This document shows positions 12,067 to 25,085 of a stretch of DNA of 64,000 nucleotides, piece by piece; the first letter of the stretch is position 1, and each line of letters starts with the position of its first letter. This DNA comes from Eledone cirrhosa. Taxonomy: Eukaryota. Below the pieces are notes generated by a model, which made no database searches, had not been told where the DNA came from, and worked only from the letters and a program-made list of their open reading frames with translations. The position numbers and the translations under genes were made by a program. Where the stretch lies: contig OZ024742.1 in NCBI GenBank assembly GCA_964016885.1, positions 314,898,001-314,962,000 of the forward strand. Reading direction: 5' to 3'.

Positions 12067-13029
12067 CCCTCTAATATCATAATAATGACATAGAAATGTA
12101 TGACCTAATTGGAAATTCAATCAATCTTTGGTTAACTCACTTTATCATTTTTAGTTATTTTCTAATTTGAAAAGAAAAAGTACGAACTAAAGTTTTAACT
12201 GATTCATCATAAAATTCCTTATGTGAAACACAACTACATTTAACATATCCACGGTAAAAGGGTCTAAGGTGAGAATAAATATGATATATTTGTCTATAGT
12301 ACCTGTCACAAAAATAAACAACTACTAGTTCTCAATAAGAAAAAAAAAAAAAAGATTTAAAACCTGGTAGGTGTGAACAAGAGTGGACCGGCTACAGCTT
12401 AAAACAAAGATACACGTTTTTCAAGATAATATAGTTTAATAGTACAATTTTACTTTTGATTCTATATTATGTTTCTATCGTTTTATGAAGTACAAATTTA
12501 ACTATAGACGGAATGGATTCGGTACAGAAATTCTGAATGAATCAACATTCCACGGCATACTGAAAATTGCCAGTGTCTTCAAACGAAGCCGTATACCTAA
12601 AATGTAGGGGAGTTAATTGAGGTATTTATTTTAGGTATTATTAAAACTGGTCGAAGTCTGATACTGTTGCTAGTATACATGTAGGTGTCTGTAATGGTGT
12701 GAATATACACATACATATATTCATAGATAGAGAGACTTTTAGTTATTTAGAAGTGACTTTTCAAAGACTAGTTCTATTCCATCCAGTGATGAAATCGTCA
12801 GAAAGCCGAACGAAACAGTGTTATAGTGCTGTAGATGTCACTACAAATTAAATTAAATAAACCCCCCCCCCCCACCACCATTCTCTCTCGTCTTGATTAC
12901 TTTGTTTTAATTTTGGTTCCTTCACATTCCTTAATGAAAAACCATTCTACACAAACACTTTCAGACATGCGCACGCACATATACTCACACACACATACAC
13001 ACGCACATGCACACACGTCTACACACACT

Positions 13030-13096
<67 letters not shown>

Positions 13097-13102
<6 letters not shown>

Positions 13103-13676
13103 GTTAAAAATGTACATCCACATATGTATACTGAAATACTAGTATGCATATGAATACACACACGTATACATATGTAGATGTACCGAGTTTTTCACTGGTC
13201 ACTTTACTGTGAGTGTCCAGCTATTCTGTATGTAAACACACAGACAAACCGGTTTTTAGAGTCATACTGGTTTTTGAGGAAACACCTTTCCTCTATTCTC
13301 CAGAAAGCCAGGCAAGGAATATTGAACTAGTTTCGATGTTGTTACATCTCATCAGCAATATTTACCTATCTTCCGGCCTCTCTAGAGAATCGTAAAAGCA
13401 CATATCGTTATATGCTTTTTCTATGAAAAACCAGTATGACTCTAAAAACCGGTTTGTCTGTGTGTTTACATACAGAATAGCTGGACACTCACAGTAAAGT
13501 GACCAGTGAAAAACTCGGTACATCGACATATGTATACGTGTGTGTATTCATATGCATACTAGTATTTCAGTATACATATGTGGATGTACATTTTTAACTT
13601 AATTGTTTAAGCGTCAGTCATACAAAAGTGAGTTACAAACGAAACGAAATTTAATTTCGTTTCGTTATTTGTTTTT
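13097..13676. mobile_element. Large fold-back insert in (TA)n (family B): 179-nt arms 13097-13275 and 13426-13604, 150-nt spacer, ~70-nt tail
   Basis: The arms are reverse complements with one mismatch seen by eye. (TA)n lies on both sides and the spacer holds a hammerhead motif. Confidence 0.8.
13318..13362 (-). ncRNA. Minimal type I hammerhead ribozyme with palindromic stem III (Penelope-type)
   Basis: Minus strand reads aatattg CTGATGA gatgt aaca acatc GAAA ctag TT caatatt: 7-bp stem I, 5-bp stem II, palindrome aactagtt, GUU site. Confidence 0.85.
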
Positions 13677-13944
13677 ATATATATATATATATATATAATC
13701 ACGAAGTCTTATGGTCCTGCGAATACGCGAAGCCCCAAAATAACAAGACTCACTACCTAGCCATTAAAGGAATATAGATACATGTTAGCAGTAACATTCT
13801 CATGAGCACTTCCACCCTAGGAAGCTAAACATATAAAACAACAGTATGAAATAAAATATGCTGTTTCCGATCGAATCTCCTAGGATGGCCAGATAATTCT
13901 CCTGTTTCTCAAACCCAAAGTTAGTGCCCTAACATTCCTCACCC

Positions 13945-14522
13945 GAAAACAACTAATAATGAGGGAGGGGAAAGTCGTCTATATCGACCCCAGTGCGTGA
14001 CTGATACTTTATTTTATCGACCCCGTAAGGATGAAAGGCAAAGTTAACCTCGGCGGAATTTGAACTCAGATCATAAAGGGCCGTAACACTATGCTGCAAA
14101 GCATGGTGTCCGATCCCTCTACCAATACTGTAAATCCACCGAAAACAACTAATAATTGTTTCTACTATTGGCACAATTAAATAGTACATTATTGGTACTT
14201 TATTTTATCGACTCCGTAAGGATAAAAGGCAAAGTTAACCTCGGCGGGATTTGAACTCAGATCATAAAGGACCGTAACACTATGCTGCAAAGCATGGTGT
14301 CCGATCCCTCTACCAATACTGTCAATCCACCGAAAACAACTAATAATTGTTTCTACTATTGGCACAATTAACCAGTACATTACTGGTACTTTATTTTATC
14401 GACTCCGTAAGGATAAATGGGAAAGTTAACCTCGGCGGGATTTGAACTCAAACTATAAAGGGGTGTAACTCTAGGCTGCAAAGAATGGCCACCGACCTTC
14501 TACCGATACTGCCAATCCCCCC
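13945..14522 (-). mobile_element. Head-to-tail array of three SINE family 1 copies
   Basis: ~191-bp period; the junction ccgaaaacaactaataat recurs at ~13943, ~14139 and ~14330. Confidence 0.85.
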
Positions 14523-15741
14523 GCGTGAGGCCAATAATATAATTTACCACTAAAGTAGTGAGGTTGGTATAATCAACATTCCCCTTCCTTCATATTTCTG
14601 ACCTTATGCCTATCTTAGAAACATTTGTTTTTGTTACATTACAATTACTCTCGGTTACAACCTGATGAAAAATCACGAAAGAATTTTTTATCTATCAAAT
14701 AAAATGTGTTTTAACGCTTTTGTTTTTTTATTAAACATATTTCGAAAGTTTTCTATTGTGGTTATAGCATAATTAGATGTTTTGAATTATAAACTACACG
14801 CATCATCAATCAATAAAAAAATGAAATAGTTCGTGTTGATTTGTGTCTGATTTGTTTATATATTTTTAAATACATGTGTTTTCTTACAGTAATGTATGTG
14901 CCTGCAACAATAAAATATTATTTGATTCAAACATTGAACGATAATAAAGATGAAGTGTAAAACGATATAGTTCTATATATGTGTTTTAGTGTTGATTTTG
15001 TTTCAGTTTTGTTTTTGTTTTATTATATTTTCTCATTTCAATATATTTAATCTTCCATGTTTTCTGTTCATTCTCTTTGATATCGTTTTTTTCCCCCGCT
15101 TATTAAAGCAGAGGAGTAAATTCCTCTCCCAGGTGCAGCAATTTAGATGAAAACAATCAACGACAATATCAACAAAACTAATACTGCAAATAACAAGAGC
15201 AGTAGTAACGACGCACGCTCCTATGCTACAATCAAAATTAATTCAAATGATGATGAAGCATCAGTATCTTACACGATGCTATTACAACTATTGCAAATCT
15301 GTGAAGTGGGAGTAATTTTGATTTACAAAGTGTTGAATCAGTGTATCGAATTGACCAAGTGTAATATCGATTCATATTTTATACTTACCATATGAAGTAA
15401 AGAGAATGCTAAAATCTGCGATATAACAACCTAGATATACGAGTCCCTACATGTTACAATGGTATGGCTAGTGTAACTTTGTAACAATTGCTTTTTTTCA
15501 TAATGTAAAAGCATCTATATTTACAAAGAAAGTTCATACTCTATTAATTCCAAACCATTATATTTGTACATATTTTATTAAAGCATGAAGACCTGACAAG
15601 TTTACGATTGTAAGCAAACTCATATATATTCACATGCATACATGCATACGAACATATATATATACATATGTGCATACATACATACATACATACATTCATA
15701 CATACACGCATACATACATGCATGCATATATGCATACATAC

Positions 15742-16362
15742 ATGATGATGATGACTGACTCCTCGTTATCGAGTATGGCCATTGCACGATATACCATTAT
15801 TAATAATTATTAATTAATTCTACCGTGCAATGCCTGAGCGTGAATATTTTTTAAAGTGAGGAAAGACTGTGCACTGAGCCAATCCCACTCTCTGAGCGAC
15901 AGTAGCTATAACCGGAAAAGAAGAAAAGATCAACATCATCGGTTACTACTGAACCGCAGTTTCCTGAGTGGCCTTCTCCTAGAAGAATGCCCTGAGAAAG
16001 GCTATGGGTCCTTCACTCCCAGTGGTTTAACTATGGGTCCTTCACTCCCAGTGGTTTAACCAGCCCGACTATTTCTATGTCCCCGCGCATATACATACAC
16101 ATGCATACATGTATATACACATATACATATACATACATATGTGCATGTGTATATAAATATTTACACATTTTTTGGATGGTAGTTGACTCTTATGAGTTCT
16201 TCCGTCCTTTGTCAGGTTTTGTTTTTTTGTCATGCAGGGTGTCCAAAGTCACCCTCCTCACCAAGTTAACTTGGTGGGGTTGCCGGTTTAGTCACCGACG
16301 ACCCGACCATGCGACAGGTTGTACTGGGTTACATGTTACCAGTAGCACTAAAGAGTGACCCG
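15742..16362. repeat. ~620-bp composite non-coding unit Q flanked by (TACA)n, copy 1
   Basis: Collinear with 39988-40611. It has an internal ~29-bp tandem duplication near 16002-16059. Confidence 0.8.
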
Positions 16363-16464
16363 ACATACATACATGCATACATGCATACATACATACATAC
16401 ATACATACATACATACATACATACATACATACATACATACATACATACATACATACATACATAC

Positions 16465-17293
16465 AAAAAAATTGACCAATTTACAGAAAAAGTTGTGCAT
16501 GGATACTTGAGACGTAAAACACAGACCATAGAGGGGATAAACCACTTAAAAAGCATGGCATGGAGTTCCGACAAGTTTATGACATCACACCTTGAATGAT
16601 ATCTCTATGCAATACAGGAACAAGAACTCCCTACAAAATATCTGCTGCACAAAAGGGGAGGACCATCAGCTGACAATAAATGTAGGCTATGTAAAACAAA
16701 GATCGAGGATGTAAGCCACATTGTTGCCAGCTGCGAAATAATTTCATCTCGCTACTACCTCCCCATGAGACACGATGGGATAGCTAGAACCATCTGGACT
16801 GCACTTCGGAAAACAAAATTAACAACAAACGAGGAAGAATATATTGAGACTGATGGCACTAAGGAATACTGGTGGAACCTGAAAATAAAAACTGCCACCA
16901 AATTAAAGCACAACCAGCCTGATATTGTTGTTTGGGACCACACATTGAAAACGTGTTCTGTTGTGGAGATCAGCTGCCCACTTGATGTAAACGTTATCAG
17001 AAAAAATACAGGAGAAGGAGGACACCTACGGACCATTGATGAGGAGTTTACAAATCCAGTATCCAAGATACACCTTTAGCTTCATACCCATCATTATTAG
17101 AGTTGCGGGTTATATACCAACGCGCTTGAAGCAAAGTATGACTGAACTTGGATTTGCGGACAAAGAGCGTAGCTCCCTAATTCATAGTCTGCAAGTGGTT
17201 GCGATAGCTGGCACCTTCAACATTTGCAAAACATTCTTGCGAGGAAGGTGGCCAGTCAAAAAATATATACTCGAAATTAAGAGAAAGAGATAA
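16465..17293 (+). mobile_element. 5'-truncated R4/Dong-clade non-LTR retrotransposon in (TACA)n
   Basis: CCHC knuckle (CRLCKTKIEDVSHIVASC), RHD motif and REL endonuclease KHNQPDIVVWD...VEISCP. Near-identical to 41300-42168. Confidence 0.85.
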
Positions 17294-18094
17294 CATACAT
17301 ACATGCATACATACACACATACATATATACATACATACATGCATACATGCATACATACATACATTCATACATACATGCTCACATACATACACACATACAT
17401 ACATACATACATACATACATACATACATACATACATACATACATACATACATACATACATGCATGCATGCATACATACATATATACATACATATATGCAT
17501 AATGCCTGAATATTATGTCTAGAGGGTGGAAAGGTAAGACAATTTTATTTTGAAATTTAAAATTAAATGTTTAAATGCAGTGTGCATAACAGGGTGTTGG
17601 TTTAGTTTTTACATACAATCTGTTTAATATGTTGAATGACATGTAGGTTGTAGTAGAGAACAATAAAATAGAAATATAAAATAAAATAAATGAATAAGAT
17701 ATAGAAAGCATTATAAAAATATAGACTACAAAGTAGAAAACACTTAAGGCTTATATTGTTTGGTACGGGTCATGCGTTGTAGTTTAAAAATCAACGACAA
17801 TAGGTGCCGGAATGCTGTTGCTGTTTGGCGCGGCAACGTTGGGTATAACTGTTGGGTATAACGAGTGTGCAAGTAGTGCGGTTTCTATGTATACCGCATG
17901 TGTATATGACTCATAGAGAGCAACAGCGTTATCTGTAATTACATAAACCAATGCGTCGGTTTCCTGTTGAAGGAAACGATAGGTTAGTAAATAATATATA
18001 GCTATGATAGTAAAATTGACGACCGAAACAATACAATCGCGAATAAAAGCGAACGAAATGGGTTGGTCTGAAGGGTCTTTGCAGTAACATTACT

Positions 18095-18400
18095 TGATAG
18101 AGTGCGTAGCTTGGATATACAGGTAGAGCGGATACTTCTCCAAATTGAGAGATCACAGCTCCGATACTATGGGAATGTGGTTAGAATGTCTCAGGAAAAG
18201 TTCGGTGGACAGATTTTACAGGCAAAACCAAGTGACAGGAGACCCAGGGATAGACCCCGAGCAACATGCTTGCATCACATCCGTGATTTTGGCTGGTCTC
18301 GCTTGGGGATCCAGTCAGATCAGTTGGAGATAGTTGCTTCTGACAGGACCCGCTGGGAGGAGTGTTTGAGAACACTGGCCCCATGACCCTCTCAGGAATA
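18095..18400 (+). mobile_element. RTE-clade LINE 3' fragment
   Basis: ORF 18102-18386 has QLRYYGNVVRM...RRPRDRPRATC...ASDRTRW, the RTE C-terminal pattern. Confidence 0.7.
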
Positions 18401-18427
18401 TGTGGGTGAAGAAAAAGGCTTTATTAG

Positions 18428-18488
<61 letters not shown>

Positions 18489-18558
18489 TCTCTCTCACTC
18501 TCTCTCTCTATATATATATATATTTGTATATGTATGTGTGTGTGTGGTGTGTGTGTGT

Positions 18559-19615
18559 GAGGGTTGTCCCAAATGGCAAGAGTACTGTTATCCCTACGGA
18601 CAATATGGTGAATCAGTACCTAATTGATGTAAACAGACATGTTTCATATGCCATTCACTGCCCGTACATACTTGTTTCAATAGAATCGGGTGAGTCAGTC
18701 ACGAGTACGGGTTTAAGTGGCACAAACCTTTTTCAAAAAAGGCTGAGAAAATGCTGAAGATGAACCTCGTTCAAGAAGGCCAATCAGGTCCAAAAGTGGT
18801 GCGAGCGGAGATAGCGATAAATCGCCGTTTAAGTGTCATCATCATTGCAGAAGAAACGGGCTTGGATAAAATGCATTTCACAGAAATGCCCAAACATCTG
18901 TCCGCGAAGCAAAAACCGAACCGAATGGAAATTTATGGGGATTTGTTAGAAATGACTGAAATTAGGCCAAATGTTTTGGATAAAATAATAACCGGTGATG
19001 AAACATTGGTGTTTGAGTACGATTCCGAGGTAAAAAGTCAAAATGAAGAGTGGCACACGAAAGAAGTCTCCTCGTCTGAAGAAAGCACCCATGAGCAGAT
19101 CCAGGGTGAAAAGGATGATTAACAAAGAATATTTAGAACCATGACAGACAGTTACTAGCACCTTCTTCAAAACTGACGTGGAACGACTTCGAAAACTGGC
19201 CTACCGAGATCGAAATGACATTGCAGGGGAGGTTACAGCACGATGATAACGCGCCTGCTTACACAGCACTTTCAATTAAAGAATTCCTGTCGAAGAAAAA
19301 TATTCCCACATTTCCACATCCTTCCACCACCCCAGATCTAGCTTCAGGTGATTTGTACCTCTTCATTAAGTTGAAGTCGATGTTGAAGGGTTATAATTAC
19401 GGGCCTGTTGAAAACGTACAAAACTGTGTAACCGACGAACCAAATATACTCACAGAAAATTAATTCCGGTACTGATATGAACAATAGAAGAACGTTGAAA
19501 CCATTGTATCACATCCCAAAGATCGTACTTTGAAGAAGTTAACTTGTATTTTCATGTACATGTCTAATATAGGTTTAAGTAAAAGATCAGTACTCTTACT
19601 TTTGAGAGAAAACTA
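18559..19615 (+). mobile_element. Degraded mariner (DD34D) DNA transposon
   Basis: IITGDETLVFEYD and HDDNAPAYTAL...PHPSTTPDLASGDLYLF motifs. Imperfect TIRs share aagagtactg (18578-18587 and 19588-19597). Confidence 0.85.
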
Positions 19616-19681
19616 CCCGCGCACCCACACACACACACACACACACACATACACATATACATACTCACACACACACACACT

Positions 19682-19749
<68 letters not shown>

Positions 19750-19762
19750 GTATATATATATA

Positions 19763-20366
19763 TACTAGCCGAATTACCCGAACCTTGCGTTTCACACATT
19801 TTTTTTTTTTTTTGTAAGAAAATGATGATTGATTTTAAATCAGAGATATAATTTATGGAGAAAAAATTTACATTTCAATATTATTCAATGTAAAATGTGA
19901 TGCATGAAAAATTCTAAAACATTATTTTTTGTAATATATCAAATCAAAATTACATTATTAAATCTTATTCTTATTTTGTTTCTTGTAAATAATTTTTTTC
20001 AAAATATCAATTTAAAACTTGAATATTTCATTTTCGTGTAAAGCATTATTTTATTTGGGCTTCCAAAATGTTCACTATAGGGGGTTTAAACCCCATTAGG
20101 GTGTCTTAATAATATTGAAAATGTTGTCAGTAGGCATTATATCTTCTCATCTGCCTATGGTTTAAATTTCATATAAATCGAAAGTAAAAAGTTTTCAGCG
20201 GGTATTTGTGCTCCCGGGGAACCATTTGATTAAAATGAAATATACTTATCCAAATACCCTGGGCAATGTAGTTTCAGAATATATATGGGTATGGGGGTGT
20301 ATCTCCAAATCCATAGGAGGAGTTCGTGAACAAACAAACAAACAAACAGACAGGAACTACAACTTT
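19763..20366 (-). mobile_element. Non-autonomous Helitron-like element (Lep1/HINE-type)
   Basis: Left end tactagccgaattacccg (CTAG terminus on minus), internal aaatttcatataaatcg, and right end with a (CAAA)n microsatellite followed by aactttatata, inserted in (TA)n. The call rests on recalled family architecture. Confidence 0.55.
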
Positions 20367-21040
20367 ATATATATATATATAAATATATTTTATTTTATAA
20401 AAGGAGTGGCGAAATGTAATCCAATTCATATATATATATATGTATATATATAGTGCCAAGAGTTTCCGAAGAAATAGATTAAGGAAAAAACAAAGTCCTC
20501 TTTGTAATGTACAGAGCCAATTATTATATGAATAAATGAATTATATGAAAAAATAATATTAATTATTATATGAATAAAATAAAGTACCAGTAATGTATTG
20601 GGTAATTGCTGGCCTTGTGTTAAAAGTAGAAACAATTATATGAATAAATCTCAACACAAATAGATGCTACGTAATGTTTCAAACTTCCGCTAGTATAGGA
20701 CATTTTGATTTTGCCAATGCAGTCTAGCTACCATACATACAATTCGCTTTCTTTTTCTTAGTGTTCAGATTTTAAATTGTAGGATGCTCTTAGAAGTGGT
20801 TTAAATTTTGCATAATTCCTTAACATTAAGTAAGACCCATACATTTATATTCAAACCTATCTACACAACTTTAATTATGCATAAGAGAAACAAATCTGTG
20901 TATATGAGTTTGTGTGTGTGCGTGTGGGTGTGTATACGGGCGTTTGGGTATGCAATTACTAGGAAAAAGTGGTATCCAAAGTACAGAATGGTATATATTA
21001 TTTTAATGGGATTACACTTTGTTATTTCTCTGAGATATTG

Positions 21041-21133
21041 TGTGCACTGGGTGCTTTCACCCTTTACGGGATCTTCAGATGATCCCGTTAAGGGTGAAAG
21101 CAGAGATTCTTTGCTTAAACTTTAATCTGTTAT

Positions 21134-21135
<2 letters not shown>
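21041..21135. ncRNA. Head-to-head pair of hammerhead-like motifs forming a 22-bp hairpin (family F)
   Basis: Minus: CTGAAGA tccc gtaaa gggt GAAA gcac cca gtgc. Plus: cagATGA tccc gttaa gggt GAAA gcagag att ctttgc TT. A related fragment lies at 36800-36860 (minus). Confidence 0.55.
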
Positions 21136-21168
<33 letters not shown>

Positions 21169-21170
21169 GT

Positions 21171-21480
21171 ATAACGAAGGAAGTGTGGTAAGGAACCAGA
21201 TGTAACACAACGCACCAGAGTACTCACTACATAGGATAGTAGAGTTGGTAATAGGAAAATGTCGGGGTTAAACATTTTCCTATATATCTATATATATCTA
21301 TATATATAACGGAGGAGTTGTGGTAAGGAACCAGATGGACCATAACGCACCAGAGTACTCAATACTTAGGGTAGTAGAGTGGGTAATAGGAGAGAGTATG
21401 ACCCCGACGGCAGAGCTCAAGTCGTTTCGACGGCTATTTCTGGACTTGAGCTCTGCCGTCGGGGTCATACTCTCTCCTAT
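21171..21480 (-). repeat. Two adjacent fold-back inserts of family C (12-bp and perfect 38-bp hairpins) separated by TA-rich repeats
   Basis: Shared tail ataacg..gtggtaaggaaccagatg..accagagtactc..gtagagt.ggtaatagga. The arms 21386-21423 and 21443-21480 are exact reverse complements. Confidence 0.75.
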
Positions 21481-21514
21481 ATATATATATATATAAATTC
21501 ACACACACACCTAC

Positions 21515-21555
<41 letters not shown>

Positions 21556-21789
21556 TGTATGTGTGCAAGTATACACATTTTTGTGAGCTCAGAAATTTTG
21601 GTTAGTTACCTCAGCCGAATCTGCCAGAGACCGTGGTTCGTCATCTACCTCACTAATATAAACATTCTGCATCATACCATGTATCGAACACTACTCTGTT
21701 TTGAGGTCTTCCCGGGCACCGTACCACAGACAATCGTCCAATACATTGAAAGCCCCCTTTGGTCACGAATGACCATGTGATTTGCTCCT

Positions 21790-22055
21790 CGAAATTTTCC
21801 CTCCGAGACACAAGTCCGAGCAAGGTTGTTTGTGGAAGACCTGTAGTCGTCCATGCATACCAGCTTCCCCCCTACACGCCACGGATGATTCCCAAGGGAA
21901 AGGCTACAGCCGATACAGCTTGGCACCAGTGACGTGGCACCTCATTTCTACAGCTAGGTAAACTGGAGCAACGTGAAATAAAGAGTCTTGCTCAAGTACA
22001 CAACTAATCACCCGGTCCGAGAATCGAACTCACAACCTCTCAATTGCAAGCCCAA
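21790..22055 (-). mobile_element. SINE family 2 (CORE-like)
   Basis: Minus strand has gtgagttcgattctcgg and cttgagcaagactctttatttcacgttgctccag; homologous to 59108-59390. Confidence 0.8.
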
Positions 22056-22666
22056 TGTGTGTATGTATGTGTGTGTGTATATGTGATTGTGTGTGTTTGT
22101 ATGTGTGTGCGCGTGTGTGTGTATGTGTGTACGTGCTACAATATTTGATTTAATTAACGCTATTACAGGTTTAAAAAAAAAACGCCCTGAAAATGATTTT
22201 ATAAAAAAATCTGATATCATAAGCAGTATGCTTCTATAAATGCTGTTAAAGTGCCTCAAATTTTTTCCATTAAAATTCCTCTGGTGTCAACCCCTTCAGG
22301 CTGCAACACATTACTTGTTGGCATAAAATGCATGTATGTTCAATGATCTAATCATACTGAAACTAATTAAGTTTATCCAGGCAAACTCTTGTGTGTGCGT
22401 GATTTCTTTTACGGTGAAAAACTGTTTCTATGAAATGACCTTTTTAGAAATTCAGTAGCTAGAACTAGATCAACATATATTAAGGTTTCTTCTTATCTCT
22501 CCTCTATTCATGTTGTAAAGTGATGATGTGGGAGACTTGTGAAGGTGTCGAATTAAAAATGACTTGACATTTGTTCCGGCTCTTTGCGTTTTGAATTCAA
22601 ATTCCGTCTAGCTTTGCCTTTCTTCCTTTCGAAGTCGATATATGAATAACCTTTCTGGAGTATTTG

Positions 22667-22744
<78 letters not shown>

Positions 22745-23482
22745 ATCTCTCTCTCTGGGAAAGAAATCAGTTTTGTTCGACCTGGAGAGGTATGGTCTCC
22801 CGCCTGATGCAAAATACTGGGAGCAGTTCGTATGCCATAATGGCACCTTTACGACTCCATCAGTAGTTAAGGAACCTTTACATTTTGTTATAATTTTATC
22901 TATATATAAATTTGAGCGTCTTCCACCCGTCCTTCTGTCACACAATGTGTGTGTATATGTGTTTGTGTGAATGTATGAGTGTGTAAAACGAAGGAAGGAG
23001 ATGGTGAAAACACTATAGCAAACATGGCGTTCCATTTATTACGCTGTGTGTGAGTGTATGTGTATGTGTGTGTTTGTGCAAATGAATGTGTGTGTTAGTG
23101 TGAATGTATGTGTGAATGTATGTGTATTTGTGTGGATGTATGTCTGTGAATGTGTATTTTTGTAAGTTTGTCTGTTTGCGCGTTTATATACTCTTACATA
23201 TAAATGCATGCATATGCACATACAATCAATCACACACATTCAACACGCTGACGCGTGTTGAAAACATCCTAGTTCTAAAAATACGTAAAATCCAGCATCA
23301 TTATCAACATTTTCATTATCATAGGAAAAGCACAGATTGGCATACTTTTTAAATTAAGAAATAAAATGCCCATATATGAACTGAATGTTTTGCCCTATCC
23401 CGTCTTTAATGATTTTGTCATGTTAACTCAATGTGGTTAATAAAGGAATCATTAAATTGGCAGTAGAGCGTCAGACAACAAA

Positions 23483-23700
23483 GCTGGTGGATTATCAGTG
23501 TCGGTAGAGATTCGGACAACATACTTTGCCGTATATAGTTGCAGCACTTACGTTCTGAGTTCAAATCCCGCTGAGGTTAACTTTTCCTTTCATCCACACG
23601 GGTGTCGATAAAATAAAGTACCAGTAATGTACTGGGGTTGATTTAATCGACTTTCGCCTCTCCTCAAAATTGTCGGCCTTGTGCTTAAATTAGAAACCAT
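23483..23700 (+). mobile_element. SINE family 1 (long 3' variant)
   Basis: A/B boxes and conserved body. Confidence 0.8.
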
Positions 23701-24190
23701 TATTATTACTATCATTATTGGCTGCTAATCAGCAAAATAAATGTGAAGGAATTTCCATCACTACTTTTTGTTATATATTTTTGTTGTAAGCCTGTCTTTT
23801 ACGTTTAAGGAGCCGGTGCAGTTGAGGGGGAAAATGTTTCCACTCTAATTATTCTTCATTAGGAAAACATGTTCTACCAGCAGCTGGTTAGCAAGCACAA
23901 GCAAATCAAGCAAAATTGCATCGGAACGTGATAGTAAGAAGTGGTAGCAGGTATAGAGTTGATGATATAGTAAATAGTAATACAGATGAAAATGCAGTAG
24001 CACTAATGACAACGAAATCTGCAACACTGCCATTGTAGCCGCTAAAATAAAATGATAGCATTATCAACATTATCATCATCATCAGCTGAAACAGTTACAT
24101 TAATAGTAACCGTGGTAAAGAGGGAGAATGTGTTGGAAAAAGTGTGAGGAAGTATGAACAAAATAGCAACACTGCTATTAATAGTAACAC

Positions 24191-24262
24191 AAGTCATTCT
24201 TTTCCTCTTTTTCAAATATATATATATATATATATATTTGAAAAAGAGGAATAGAATGACTT
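24191..24262. repeat. Palindrome with a (TA)n centre and 26-bp arms
   Basis: aagtcattcttttcctctttttcaaa (TA)n tttgaaaaagaggaatagaatgactt; one mismatch. Confidence 0.85.
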
Positions 24263-24400
24263 CACTTGTAGTGTTAAATAATTTGATTTAATTTTATAAT
24301 ATTATGAGTTGGTAGATCTAGTAAGTTCTATATATATAAAGTATAAAATTCTTATTTTATATATATTTCATATATATATAAAATAAGAATATATATGTGT

Positions 24401-24438
<38 letters not shown>

Positions 24439-24464
24439 GTGTGTGTGTGTCTGTGTGTGTCTGT

Positions 24465-24537
<73 letters not shown>

Positions 24538-25049
24538 TGTGTGTGAAGCCATTCTTATTAGAAAACCAAGATCCATATCAGATTTATCTGCTCGGGTGCA
24601 AGGACTAGTGCATTTAGTTGTAGCCGTAGCGTTAGGGAAGTAAAAAAAGAGAGACAGCTAACAGCAATGACTGCCATATAAACAGTAGTTAAAATATGAA
24701 AAGAAGATTGCAATATGATGAACAATAGCAACAGTAACAGCAACAGTAGCAACATCGGTAATAACTGCAAATGTAAACATCATAATGATAATAGCAGCTT
24801 AATGAAGCTAACGGTGACTTTCAAATCGTTGACCTTTAGTAGACGACGTATGTACAATACAATACAGGTTTCACTTTGCATTCCATCATTCCAAGTTCAA
24901 TATATTAAGATCCAGTTATAACCATTCAAATATTCCCCACCGAAGCAAATGTGCAGCTTTATGTCTTATCGTTATGATTTCAATAAATGATAAATCTTAC
25001 TGAGTATAAAAATTGCCTTGCTATCCAAGTTCAGGGTCTGATTTCGTAT

Positions 25050-25085
<36 letters not shown>

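Noticed and set aside
14655-14690. CTGATGA...GAAA motif
   Set aside because: No stem II or stem I pairing; expected by chance.
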